From: Candidatus Poribacteria bacterium
GTDB lineage: Bacteria > Poribacteria > WGA-4E > PCPOR2b
Assembly: GCA_965198175.1 (NCBI GenBank)
Contig: OZ240245.1
Span: 832,001 to 896,000 of the forward strand
DNA: 64,000 nt
Direction of reading: 5' to 3'
Shown: positions 1 to 10,202 of the stretch, piece after piece
Layout: each line of letters opens with the position of its first letter
Position numbering within the stretch: the stretch's first letter is position 1
Made by a program: the position numbers and the translations under genes
Notes under the pieces: generated by a model
The model's database searches: none
What the model was told of the DNA's origin: nothing
The model's input: only the letters and a program-made list of their open reading frames with translations

Positions 1-93
1 GAGCACGGTGACGCAATTGACCTGATGCACGCTATCAAGCGGACAATCGACCCACAGAACATCATGAATCCGGGAAAGGTTCTCAGTACCTAA
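1..93 (+). CDS. 3' end of FAD-linked oxidase (GlcD/D-lactate dehydrogenase-like), partial
   Basis: Frame 1 reads EHGDAIDLMHAIKRTIDPQNIMNPGKVLST*; DPxNIMNPGK is the typical C-terminus of FAD-oxidase_C proteins. Confidence 0.8.
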   Translation, partial: EHGDAIDLMHAIKRTIDPQNIMNPGKVLST

Positions 94-188
94 TGGGTTG
101 TTGGTGATTATCACTGGGAAGCAAGTCTCCAATACATCGGAGGCTAGGACTTGGAACCTTTGGGTTTGATACGAACTAATCCTTGAAT

Positions 189-1352
189 TCAAATCCTATG
201 CCCAGGTCTGTAGAGACCTTCGCCTGATGTTGCATGTATTGATGCCTGCGGTGCGTCTTCATAAGCGATTCGGTAACACCGGTAGACCCCTCTGTTGATA
301 CTAGAACCCGCTGCATACGGCTCAAAGCTGAAACTTAGATACGGGTTTACATATTCCCACACAATCTCGCCCGCCGCCGTAATCTCGAACAGTCGCCCGC
401 CAGTGGCATCCAGGGAGAACGTGTTGCCGTTGGGAAGTCGCTGAATCGACCCCCAAGCTGTGCTAAAAAACTGACTTCTATGGCGGCCCTGCAGGCTAGA
501 GAAATGTGTCCGCTCCCAATTCGGGGGTAGATAGCTGTACTCCCAGACAATCTCGTTGGTTTTTGGGTTTATTTCCAGAAGACGCGTGTAGTTCCGCCAT
601 TTCAATGGATACCCGCTTTGTCCGCCGTTATCATAGACAATTATGTTGCCATTTTCAATCATGTTCGGGTGATGCGGACCAACGAGGTTATCATACTTCC
701 ACAGAAACCTTCCAGTCGTTTTGTCAACGATGGCAATCATACCAACTTCTCGGAAACATGTTGAGATGTTCCCATCAGGCATAACCTCTAGTGTGTTGGT
801 GTGTAGCCAGTCTACGCCTCCATTTCTAAGCCCACGTTCTCGAATTAGGCGCTTCGCCTCCGGACTAAACTCAAAGTCATCGTAATGGTCGATAGAACGC
901 CATTCCCAGACAATTTCACCGGACGGCGTGACTTCGATGAAGCGATCATCATAGATCGGCTTATCCGATATCCGCGGTTCGCTGATTCCCAACTCCCGCG
1001 TAAGTATCATTGTGTTTCCGTTGTCCAATCGAACGAAGTCATGATGCGCATTCTTATCACGGTATTCCCAGACAACGCGGCTATCCCAGTCGAGTTCCTT
1101 GACCCCGAAACGGTTAACGAAAACGAGCAGATTCCCCTTCGGTAAATATTTGTGATACCATGTCGTCCCGATCGTGGTCCCGTGATTTTCATCGTCCTTT
1201 TGCATATTCACCGCCCACATATGAACCACTTCGCCGTTCATGTCTATCATGTACACATATGGACTGAGATGTGGAGCATAGACAGTGTACCCATTGTAGC
1301 ATTTCTCGGGCTTATATACGGTCAGCCCCGTAGGCCATTCCAAAACGGACAT
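189..1352 (-). CDS. Arylsulfotransferase (ASST) family beta-propeller protein
   Basis: Motifs GYTVYAP, HHDFVRLDNGN, DWLHTNT, GPHHP, QRLPNGNT, GEIVWEY. Start MSVLEW (1352) chosen for GGAGG RBS; the ORF track extends to 1433. Confidence 0.8.
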   Translation of the reverse strand: MSVLEWPTGLTVYKPEKCYNGYTVYAPHLSPYVYMIDMNGEVVHMWAVNMQKDDENHGTTIGTTWYHKYLPKGNLLVFVNRFGVKELDWDSRVVWEYRDKNAHHDFVRLDNGNTMILTRELGISEPRISDKPIYDDRFIEVTPSGEIVWEWRSIDHYDDFEFSPEAKRLIRERGLRNGGVDWLHTNTLEVMPDGNISTCFREVGMIAIVDKTTGRFLWKYDNLVGPHHPNMIENGNIIVYDNGGQSGYPLKWRNYTRLLEINPKTNEIVWEYSYLPPNWERTHFSSLQGRHRSQFFSTAWGSIQRLPNGNTFSLDATGGRLFEITAAGEIVWEYVNPYLSFSFEPYAAGSSINRGVYRCYRIAYEDAPQASIHATSGEGLYRPGHRI

Positions 1353-1472
1353 TTTTTTTACACCTCCGGACATTATGCCGTGAGTTTTCGATGCGTCTAC
1401 AACTAAAATAACCTTGCGAAAATTTGGAACCATCGCAAGGTTAATCTCTTATAGAAACTCCATGAAAATGCC

Positions 1473-1706
1473 TTATTTTTCGTTAAGATCGAGGGCGACA
1501 TACCGATAGCCAATTGCTTTGAGCCGATCCACAATTGATTGGCGCATCTTGACAGCTCGATTAAAATCTGATTCCGGCACCTGGATGCGTACAATAGTTC
1601 CATGATGGGAGACCGACGCCCCTTCAATGCCCAGTTCAATCAGATGTCTCTCTGCAAGTTCAATCAACTCATCTACGTTTGGCGTCTGGTCGGTGTTCGA
1701 TGTCAT
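1473..1706 (-). CDS. Small protein resembling the C-terminal domain of LarE-type sulfur transferases
   Basis: HHGTIVRIQV...LKAIGYRYVALDL resembles the LarE C-terminal RHHGDIARIEV...GFxYVTLDL. Start MTSNTD at 1706 follows a purine-rich RBS. Confidence 0.5.
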   Translation of the reverse strand: MTSNTDQTPNVDELIELAERHLIELGIEGASVSHHGTIVRIQVPESDFNRAVKMRQSIVDRLKAIGYRYVALDLNEK

Positions 1707-1923
1707 CCCATCCACTCTCCCTTTGACGAACTGAGTGAGTTTATTGAGTAGTAAATAGAAAGTTTGAGCAAGATTTCCAAAACGACGATTTCGACGGTTC
1801 TGACGATTTGCGGATCCACTTAACCTGCTCTTGATAGACACTTCGAGAGTGTAGCATACGCTGGGCAGGATCTCAAGGCAAAAACCGTCACCTCCACGCT
1901 TTCCAGTTCCGCTCCCATCAACA

Positions 1924-1952
1924 TTGCCTTTACCAAGTCTCCATGTTAAACT
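1924..1952 (+). promoter_or_regulatory. Putative sigma-70 promoter for the A2M-pbpC operon
   Basis: TTGCCT-17 bp-TAAACT with extended -10 TG, about 65 bp before the ATG at 2019. Confidence 0.4.
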
Positions 1953-2018
1953 TTAAACGTTAAGGGTGAGAATATAGTCAAACCAATAATAAATGGAACT
2001 GTCAAGGAGGCAACAGCC

Positions 2019-5000
2019 ATGAGACTCAATAACAAGCAGCTAATCGCCATCATCGGTGTCCTCTCCGTCATCATTATTGCCGGGGCGGTTTATATTGGAA
2101 TCCAGAACGCCAAAGGAACGATTCACGTCTTCGTCGAGTCGTTCTCGCCCCAAGGTCAAGTCAAACCGCATGGGAATTTCACCATTACGTTCTCGCATCC
2201 TATCGTTGATAATGCTATGCTCAACCAAGATCTGGATGAGTTTCCGGTCAAGTTCTCTCCTCAGATCCCGGGCAAATTTCGCTGGATCGAACAAAACACG
2301 CTCCGTTTCTTCCCGGTAGTCTCACTTTCCCCGTCTACCGAATACATGGCTGAGGTATCTCCGCAGACTCCCCCATCCCCAAATTTTACTTTTACTGGGA
2401 AACGCAAGTTTGCTTTTTTCACCGAGCGTTTTCAGGTTCGGAGCTCTCGACTTGCATTTGAATACAGTACCAAAAAAAAGAGCCATGCGAAGATTCTCGG
2501 AGTCGTCGAATTTAATTATCCTGTCAGTGTCGCAATGCTGAGAGAACAGCTCTCGATTTCTCACGATGGGGGTGCGAAAATTCCTTACCATATACGTACG
2601 AGTGAACCAGAGGCTGACATCGTTGAATTAGAAACTGAAGAAGTCGCACGGGGTGACAGCGATCAGCACATCCATATGGTAATCGAGAGCGGATTCAAGC
2701 CAATCAACGGTCAGCTCGGTCTTGAGAAGGCTCATATCACACCAATTGTTCTGAAGAGGCACGACGATCTGCTTATCACCAGTGTATCCGCGCGGGGTAG
2801 CAGAGAGGGGCGTTATATTCAGGTTCAGGTGAGTTCGAACGTTGATATCGGACGCGTCAATCCGTATCTAACAATCGAACCCGAGATAGATTATCAACTC
2901 GCAAGCCAATATCGCTATCTCAAAATTCGGGGCGATTTCAAGCCCGGCGATCGCTATACCGTCACAGTTAAACAGGGATTGCGTGCCAAAGACGACGCAG
3001 TGCTCCGGCAGGAGTTCTCCACAACGGTGACCATCCCAAACCTGAATCCGAGTCTCCGTTTCATCGGTGAGGGACGCTATCTACCCAGAGATGGCGCATT
3101 GAACCTCGGTTTGGCGACAATTAACGTCAACAAAGTGCAGATTGAAATCGAGAAGGTGTTTGCAAACAATCTTGTTTATCTCGCTAGTGTGCAGAATTGG
3201 CGAGACTGGGCACAGAATCTTGGAAGTTCCATCCACCGTGAGGAGGTTGAAATTCAGTCGGTGCTCAATGACGAGGTGACCACGCCCATTCCTTTGAAGG
3301 ATTACCTATCGGACGATCACATCGGCATCTTTAAGGTGACGGCGCGTGATATCGACCGTCGTTGGCGACGCGCGACGCAGTGGGTCATGCTCACCGACCT
3401 CGGCGTCATGGCGAAAAAGACGACGGATGCGTTGTGGGTGTGGGTCAACTCGCTCTCCTCGCTGCGTCCGATTCCTTATGCAAAGATTGAACTGATGAGC
3501 CATAACAACCAGACCTTGTTGAGTGGTACGACCAATGCGGATGGTTGGGTCAAGTTTACGTCTATTGCAGAGAAGATTAAGGATTTCACGCCGTTCATGA
3601 TCACTGCTGCCAAGGGGGACGATCTCGCCTTCATCCAGTTGAATCAGCACAAACTCCCTACAACCGATTTCGATGTTTCAGGCGCGGCGTACCTGAGTGG
3701 GGGTTATGAGGCGTTTATCTACACCGACCGCGGTGTGTACCGCCCCGGGGAGGTCACCAACGTCGTGGGGATCGTGCGTGGAGAAAAGCGCGCGACACCG
3801 GCACCATTTCCTGTGTTGATACAGGTGTTGGGCCCGGATCATCGAATAATGCGAGAGTTCCGCGCTCAAACCGATTCGGAAGGCGCGTGCGAATTTCAGA
3901 TTCCGCTGCCGTCTTATGTGAAAACAGGAAGATATACTGCCAAACTGTTGGTTGCCGAACGGGAAATCGGACGTTCCCACTTTCAAGTTGAGGAATTTAT
4001 GCCGGATCGAATCAAGGTCGAACTCAACGCTGACAAGACGGTCTATGCCCTTGGAGATGAGGCGCAGATTAACGTTGCGGCGGTGAACCTTTTTGGACCA
4101 CCGGCGGTGGGGAGACGGGTGCAGGCGGCTTGCGATATTGAGGTGGACAACTTTGCTCCGGCAGAATGGCGTTCATTCACATTCAACGATGCGGAGATTG
4201 GGTTCCAGAAACAACGGATCAATCTCGGAGAAACGCAAACGGACGAAAATGGTCAATCGACCTATCTGCTCACGATTCCCACGGGTCTGAAATCCCCATC
4301 CGCGTTGCGCGGTGTCCTCGTTGCGACCGTCAGCGAGCCGGGCGGCAGAGCCGTGAGTACCTACCAACGCATCACTATCCACCCCTACTCCCATTACCCC
4401 GGTATCCGGCGGGGATCGGAAGGGTATGCGAAAATCAACGCGGAGACCCGGTTTGAGTACATCGCCCTCGACAAAGAGGGGACACCAGCGGCAGGACGGG
4501 ATCTGGAGTTGACGATTTCTAAACTTCAATGGAACTCTATTCTCAGACGTGACAGCCGCGGACGCTATGAATATATTTCAGCAAAGCAGGGCATCCAAGT
4601 CGAATCGTACCCGCTGACATCGTCCGACAGTATCGAATCCTTCGTCTTTACACCGGGCGAATACGGCGAATACGGGGTTCAGCTCAGAGATGTGGCATCG
4701 GGTGCATCAACGTCAACGAAGTTCTACGTCTCCGGCTGGGGCTACGCGCCTTGGGCGATGGACCAGCCGGGCCGTTTGGAGATTGACCTTGATAAAGCGT
4801 CATACCAGCCGGGCGAGGTTGCTAAGGCACAGATTAAGGCGCCCTTCTCCGGCAAACTTATTCTAACAATCGAGCGGGGAAACCCCATAAGTTATCGGAC
4901 GGTCATGCTGAACGAGAACACAGCCGTGATCGACATCCCGGTTCTCGCCGAGTACAAACCTAACGTCTACATCTCTGCTAGCCTCATCCGTTCGACAAGT

Positions 5001-7403
5001 TCGTTGGAGAGACACGCCCCCGCGCGTGCTTTTGGTGTTGTGCCGCTAACGATTGATAGCGAGGCGAACCGCTTAACGGTCCAACTCAATGCTCCGGAAA
5101 AGATTCGTCCGAACCGGACCGTCGAGATTGGGTTCCGTGTCACAGGAAGTTCTGGCACAAAACATCTCACAATTGCGGCAGTTGATGAGGGCATTCTTCA
5201 GTTGACCGATTTTCCGACGCCTGACCCTCACGGGTTCTTCTTCCAACAGCGGGGACTCAACACTGTGTCCTATGACCTCTATTCCGCTATCCTGCCGGAA
5301 ATAGAAGCTGCAAAAGGGGGTTCGAGCACCGGCGGCGATGGTGTCGAAGCGGGTCGCAAAAAGCGTCTAAGCACTGTCAGCGTGACACGAGTCAAGCCGG
5401 TTTCACTCTGGTCTAGTCTTCTCAAAACGGATGCCGCCGGCAGGGGCGTCGTTCGGTTTGATGTGCCATCGTTCAACGGGCAGCTGCGCTTGATGGCGGT
5501 CGCGTTCGACGGCAATCGGTTCGGTTCAACGCAAGCGTTTGTCAGCGTCCGCGAGCCGATTGTGCTGACGCCGACCTTTCCCCGCTTTATCTCCGGCGGC
5601 GATCGAATCCGCATTCCTGTCACCGTTTATAACGGCACCGGTAAACCGGGCGACTTTGAACTCCAACTGAGCGCAGCAGAATTTGTTGAAATCGCCGGTG
5701 AAAGCACGAAAACGGTTCATCTTGACCCTGAAACGGAAAAACAGGTCTTCTTCGACCTCGCGGCGTCCGATGCGATGGGCGAAGTCACCTTTAATCTCTC
5801 CGCAAAGGGTAACGATGAAAATGCCGAGATTGTGACCCAACTCCCGCTTCGTCCAGCAGCTCCGCCGGTGACGCTGACGGGATATGGGGTCGTCACTGCG
5901 GAACACCCGGCGGACTTTACCTTCCCATCGAACTTCATCAAGGGGACAGCGGCGTACACCCTCACCCTTTCCCCCTTCCCAGCCGTGAAGTTCGCGGGCG
6001 GACTTCAGTATCTTTTGAGCTATCCGCACGGCTGCATTGAGCAGACTACCTCAAAGGTCTTTCCGTTGCTCTATTTCAACGAAATTGCGAGTTTGGTTGA
6101 ACCGGAATTGTTCCAGAGCGGTGGCACCGACTATTTTATCATGGAGGGCATCGCAAGGCTTGAAAGTATGCTTCTACCCTCCAATTATTTTGCGTATTGG
6201 CCCGGCGAGACATACACGCACCATTGGGGTAGCATCTACGCCGCGCACTTCCTCGTTGAAGCGCGAAAAGCCGGGTATCAAGTTTCCGATCGGGTCTACG
6301 ATGCGATGCTGGAAGGACTGAGGAGGGAGGCAAAACAGAGTGCCAACGGTGGTGATGGAAGTCGTGAAACGCAACGCGTCGCCTACGCCTGTTATGTGTT
6401 ATCGGCGGCGGGACACCCTGAAAAGAGCACGATGGTCTACCTGAAAAACAATCGTCTGCGTGCACTCAGCGATTACAGTCAATTTCAGCTTGCGGGCGCG
6501 TTTGCATTCTCGGGTGACCTCAACACTGCGCTATCCATGCTTCCCACAACTGTCGTTCCACGAAGCGATGATGGCGTGCGCGAATCGGGCGGTAATTTGA
6601 ACTCCTCCGTTCGTGCTCAAGCGATTATGCTCGATATATTAGCGGAAGTGAATCCGAATCATCCTTCAATTCCGAACCTTGTCAAACGTCTCGCCGATTC
6701 CGCCTCGAACAACAACCGGTGGTACACGACACAGGAGAACGCCTTCGCATTTCTCGCACTCGGCAAAATCCTCAAAAAACAGATGCGGAGTGATTACACT
6801 GGAACGGTCGTGTTGAACGGGACGCAGTTCGCAGACTTCGACGCCAGAGAGCATCAATATGCGGACGAAAACTGGGGCGGAACACAGGTCCAGATGAAGG
6901 TTGAAGGCACCGGAAATTGTTACTATTATTGGACAGCCTTCGGTGTCCAAACCGGTTCCTCTATTCGTGAGTTTGACAAGGAGTTGAAGGTGAGACGTAG
7001 CTACTTCTCTGAAGGCGGGGTACCCATCGAAGACGGGAATTTTCAGCATGGTGAGCTGATCGTCGCGGCGATTACGATTGAGGCGTTGACCGACACGCTG
7101 GAAAACGTCGCTGTGGTAGATGTCCTCCCAGCGGGATTTGAGATTGAGAATCCGCGCCTAGAGTCGCGTGCTGGGGTGCCGTGGATTCCGAAAAAGGGCT
7201 TTCAGCCCGACTACATGGACATCCGCGATGACCGTCTTATCTTCTTCGGAAAATTACCGCGCCAGAAGAAGCAGAAGTTTTACTACGCCCTTCGAGCCGT
7301 AACCCGTGGCGACTTTGCGCTGCCGCCCGTGGCTGCCGAAGCCATGTACGATCCAACGAAATCTTCAGTGGCATCGAGTGGAAGGGTTCGTGTTGTCGAG
7401 TGA
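2019..7403 (+). CDS. yfhM: Bacterial alpha-2-macroglobulin (YfhM-like)
   Basis: 1794 aa; TDRGVYRPG, AAVDEGIL, thioester motif YPHGCIEQ, TTQENA, DIRDDR, AEAMYDP; N-terminal hydrophobic anchor; adjacent to pbpC. Confidence 0.95.
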   Translation: MRLNNKQLIAIIGVLSVIIIAGAVYIGIQNAKGTIHVFVESFSPQGQVKPHGNFTITFSHPIVDNAMLNQDLDEFPVKFSPQIPGKFRWIEQNTLRFFPVVSLSPSTEYMAEVSPQTPPSPNFTFTGKRKFAFFTERFQVRSSRLAFEYSTKKKSHAKILGVVEFNYPVSVAMLREQLSISHDGGAKIPYHIRTSEPEADIVELETEEVARGDSDQHIHMVIESGFKPINGQLGLEKAHITPIVLKRHDDLLITSVSARGSREGRYIQVQVSSNVDIGRVNPYLTIEPEIDYQLASQYRYLKIRGDFKPGDRYTVTVKQGLRAKDDAVLRQEFSTTVTIPNLNPSLRFIGEGRYLPRDGALNLGLATINVNKVQIEIEKVFANNLVYLASVQNWRDWAQNLGSSIHREEVEIQSVLNDEVTTPIPLKDYLSDDHIGIFKVTARDIDRRWRRATQWVMLTDLGVMAKKTTDALWVWVNSLSSLRPIPYAKIELMSHNNQTLLSGTTNADGWVKFTSIAEKIKDFTPFMITAAKGDDLAFIQLNQHKLPTTDFDVSGAAYLSGGYEAFIYTDRGVYRPGEVTNVVGIVRGEKRATPAPFPVLIQVLGPDHRIMREFRAQTDSEGACEFQIPLPSYVKTGRYTAKLLVAEREIGRSHFQVEEFMPDRIKVELNADKTVYALGDEAQINVAAVNLFGPPAVGRRVQAACDIEVDNFAPAEWRSFTFNDAEIGFQKQRINLGETQTDENGQSTYLLTIPTGLKSPSALRGVLVATVSEPGGRAVSTYQRITIHPYSHYPGIRRGSEGYAKINAETRFEYIALDKEGTPAAGRDLELTISKLQWNSILRRDSRGRYEYISAKQGIQVESYPLTSSDSIESFVFTPGEYGEYGVQLRDVASGASTSTKFYVSGWGYAPWAMDQPGRLEIDLDKASYQPGEVAKAQIKAPFSGKLILTIERGNPISYRTVMLNENTAVIDIPVLAEYKPNVYISASLIRSTSSLERHAPARAFGVVPLTIDSEANRLTVQLNAPEKIRPNRTVEIGFRVTGSSGTKHLTIAAVDEGILQLTDFPTPDPHGFFFQQRGLNTVSYDLYSAILPEIEAAKGGSSTGGDGVEAGRKKRLSTVSVTRVKPVSLWSSLLKTDAAGRGVVRFDVPSFNGQLRLMAVAFDGNRFGSTQAFVSVREPIVLTPTFPRFISGGDRIRIPVTVYNGTGKPGDFELQLSAAEFVEIAGESTKTVHLDPETEKQVFFDLAASDAMGEVTFNLSAKGNDENAEIVTQLPLRPAAPPVTLTGYGVVTAEHPADFTFPSNFIKGTAAYTLTLSPFPAVKFAGGLQYLLSYPHGCIEQTTSKVFPLLYFNEIASLVEPELFQSGGTDYFIMEGIARLESMLLPSNYFAYWPGETYTHHWGSIYAAHFLVEARKAGYQVSDRVYDAMLEGLRREAKQSANGGDGSRETQRVAYACYVLSAAGHPEKSTMVYLKNNRLRALSDYSQFQLAGAFAFSGDLNTALSMLPTTVVPRSDDGVRESGGNLNSSVRAQAIMLDILAEVNPNHPSIPNLVKRLADSASNNNRWYTTQENAFAFLALGKILKKQMRSDYTGTVVLNGTQFADFDAREHQYADENWGGTQVQMKVEGTGNCYYYWTAFGVQTGSSIREFDKELKVRRSYFSEGGVPIEDGNFQHGELIVAAITIEALTDTLENVAVVDVLPAGFEIENPRLESRAGVPWIPKKGFQPDYMDIRDDRLIFFGKLPRQKKQKFYYALRAVTRGDFALPPVAAEAMYDPTKSSVASSGRVRVVE

Positions 7404-7492
7404 TGATGTGAAGCTCCTTACACGATAAAGCAGAGAGAGGCGCACTGATATCTTTCAACTGTGACTATCAAACTACCTGATCAGGGGGGACA

Positions 7493-9835
7493 ATGAACAA
7501 ACGCCTCCATTCCAAACGAATCCGATTCTGCCTCTATCTGATTTCAGGAACCGTGCTCACACCCCTACTCCTGTTCCTGATTGCGAATCGGTTGTTCCCG
7601 CTGCCGGTCGAGAAGCTGCACCAGCCGCCGTCAACAATAGTTCTTGACCGGCACGGCGAATGGCTCCGAGCCTTCATCGCGTCCGACGAGTCGTGGCATA
7701 TCCCCGAACCCTCCTTGGATGAAATTTCACCAAAGCTGCGAACCGCGGTGTTGACATACGAAGACCGCTGGTTTTATCGTCACTTTGGGATAAATCCGTT
7801 CTCGATTTTCCAAGCGGCGATCGACAACATCAAGGCAGGGAAAATCGTTCGAGGCGGATCGACCATTACGATGCAGGTTGCGCGAATGATGGAGCCGAAA
7901 GCGCGTACGGTTCCGAACAAGTTGATTGAGATGTTCCGCGCCATCCAGCTTGAACTCGCCTATTCCAAAGACGAAATCTTAACCCTCTACTTCAACATGG
8001 CGCCCTACGGCGGCAATATCGTCGGATCAGCGGCGGCGTCTCGCATCTATTTCAATAAATCCCAGAACCGTCTGAGCTTAGGAGAAGCCGCTCTGCTGGC
8101 TGCTATCCCGAACTCGCCGACGTATCTGCGGCCGGATATTTATCCCGAAAACGCGCGGGTAGCACGAAAGAAGGTTCTGCGCCAGATGCGTAAATTTGGG
8201 AAAATTGACTCGCGCGTGCTGCAAGAAGCCGCCAGCGACCCAATCCCGATAAAACGTTATCCAATGCCGTTCAAGGCGCCCCACTTGACGCGGTTGCTGG
8301 CAAAAACAGAGTCAGGACACCGAATCTATTCGACAATTGATTCCGATATTCAGGAACTTTCAGAGCGCGTTCTACGGGAAAATATCGCACCGCTGCAGCG
8401 GGAAGGAATTTCAACCGGTGCCGTCGTGGTGATGGACACGAAGAGCCGCGAAGTCTTGGCGATGGTCGGCTCTCACGATTTCTTCGATCAAGCTAGCCAG
8501 GGGCAGGTCAACGGTGCAACCGCCCCACGGTCCCCAGGCTCCGCACTCAAGCCGTTCATATATGGGCTCGCCCTAGAGCGGGGGCTAATCACCCCCGAAC
8601 GCCTTTTGCACGATGTGCCCGTCAATTACGCCGGGTACTCCCCAGTCAACTATGACGGTGAATATCGCGGCTATGTGACGGCACGGGACGCACTCGCGCA
8701 CTCGCTCAACGTGCCCGCCGTTAACCTATACGCCCAACTCGGGAACGACGGCATCTACGCTTTGCTCAAACGGGCTGGGATTTCCACGTTGTCCGAGCCG
8801 AAGCCCCACTACGGATTGTCGCTAATCTTGGGAAGCTGCGAGATTACATTGCTGGAGTTGACGGCGCTCTACGCCGGACTCGCCAATCTTGGCGAATTTG
8901 CACCGCATCAGTTGACGCGCCGGAACGGAGACACGTTACCCGTTCCTTCCACCAAGCGGCTCTTGAGCAGGGGCGCTAGTTTCATTCTCACTGTGATGTT
9001 GACGGAAGTCCGTCGCCCGGATCTACCCGCCGCCTATGAAGCGTCGATGAACCTCCCCAAAGTCGCATGGAAAACAGGCACCTCCTACGGACACAGAGAT
9101 GCATGGAGCGTCGGGTACACACCGAAATACACGATCGGGGTTTGGGTGGGCAACTTCGATGGACATGGCTCGCCATCGCTCGTCGGATCCGAAGTCGCCG
9201 CGCCAATACTATTTGCACTGTTCAACACCATCCCCGCTACAAACCGGTGGTTTACTCGCCCATATCAGGTCAGTACCCGCGACGTATGCGTGTTAAGCGG
9301 GATGCCGGTGTCAGAAAATTGTTCGACCACCAAGATCGATGACTACATCTCCAACCGCTCTGTGAACACGCCGTGCCGCATTCACAAACAAATTACAATC
9401 GATAACAAAACGGGGGCAGCGCTCTGCTCACACTGCCGAATTGGGAGATCTTCCCATCACGTGGTCTTTGAGGAGTGGCATCCGGCGGTTGGGACATGGT
9501 TGAGCAAAAACGGCTTCGCGATTCAACCCATTCCGCCGCACAATCCAGATTGCGTGGGCGTTATTGCCGGACAAGGACCCATGATTCGATCGCCATCAGG
9601 AGACAGCGAATATCACATCCGGGAAGGAGTGGATCTTGGATACCAAAAGCTGCTTTTAGCCGCGTCCGTGTCCAATCGAACGAAGCAGATTTTTTGGTTT
9701 GTCAATGGAGAATTGATTTTTAAGGGGGCGCCCACCGAGCCGGTTTTCTTAACGCCCGTTGCCGGAAGACATCGACTGACCTGCGTTGATGATGAGGGAC
9801 GTTCGTCGAGCAGAACGCTAGTCATTAAGGATTAA
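7493..9835 (+). CDS. pbpC: Penicillin-binding protein 1C
   Basis: Transglycosylase motifs EDRWFYRHFG and GGSTITMQVAR; transpeptidase SALK, SLN, KTGTS; PBP1C C-terminal domain; follows A2M. Confidence 0.95.
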   Translation: MNKRLHSKRIRFCLYLISGTVLTPLLLFLIANRLFPLPVEKLHQPPSTIVLDRHGEWLRAFIASDESWHIPEPSLDEISPKLRTAVLTYEDRWFYRHFGINPFSIFQAAIDNIKAGKIVRGGSTITMQVARMMEPKARTVPNKLIEMFRAIQLELAYSKDEILTLYFNMAPYGGNIVGSAAASRIYFNKSQNRLSLGEAALLAAIPNSPTYLRPDIYPENARVARKKVLRQMRKFGKIDSRVLQEAASDPIPIKRYPMPFKAPHLTRLLAKTESGHRIYSTIDSDIQELSERVLRENIAPLQREGISTGAVVVMDTKSREVLAMVGSHDFFDQASQGQVNGATAPRSPGSALKPFIYGLALERGLITPERLLHDVPVNYAGYSPVNYDGEYRGYVTARDALAHSLNVPAVNLYAQLGNDGIYALLKRAGISTLSEPKPHYGLSLILGSCEITLLELTALYAGLANLGEFAPHQLTRRNGDTLPVPSTKRLLSRGASFILTVMLTEVRRPDLPAAYEASMNLPKVAWKTGTSYGHRDAWSVGYTPKYTIGVWVGNFDGHGSPSLVGSEVAAPILFALFNTIPATNRWFTRPYQVSTRDVCVLSGMPVSENCSTTKIDDYISNRSVNTPCRIHKQITIDNKTGAALCSHCRIGRSSHHVVFEEWHPAVGTWLSKNGFAIQPIPPHNPDCVGVIAGQGPMIRSPSGDSEYHIREGVDLGYQKLLLAASVSNRTKQIFWFVNGELIFKGAPTEPVFLTPVAGRHRLTCVDDEGRSSSRTLVIKD

Positions 9836-9856
9836 CGGACAAGAAACCGAGTTCTT

Positions 9857-10118
9857 GTAAGTTGGGTTAAGCGGGGTTTAGGGAAACGCATGATTATACC
9901 GCGAGCGTATCGTGGTTTGATTGCGTTAACGAATTTATATGTGGTAGCGTAACCCAACGTTTTTGGTAATTCGGAAGTGTATCGTTGGGTGGAGGTGGTT
10001 TAGGTATAGAAAAGCGTTGGGTTACGCTTTATGTATTTTGCCAAGAGCGTGGTTTTGTATTTGTGGCGTTATTTTACCATAGATATTTTTTTGGCACAAT
10101 CCGCTTAACCCAACCTAC
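9857..10118. repeat. Large nested palindromic REP/MITE-like element
   Basis: Outer arms GTAAGTTGGGTTAAGCGG (9857) and CCGCTTAACCCAACCTAC (10101-10118); inner arms AGCGTAACCCAACG (9946) and CGTTGGGTTACGCT (~10015-10028). Related arms near 36340, 47840, 53248 and 58320. Confidence 0.75.
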
Positions 10119-10202
10119 AAACGCTAGTGGCTGTCAGATTACATTCTCCCCCTTACTAAGGGGGAATTAGAGGGGGTCAGGCACTTTGCACCTGCGCTAA
10201 GT

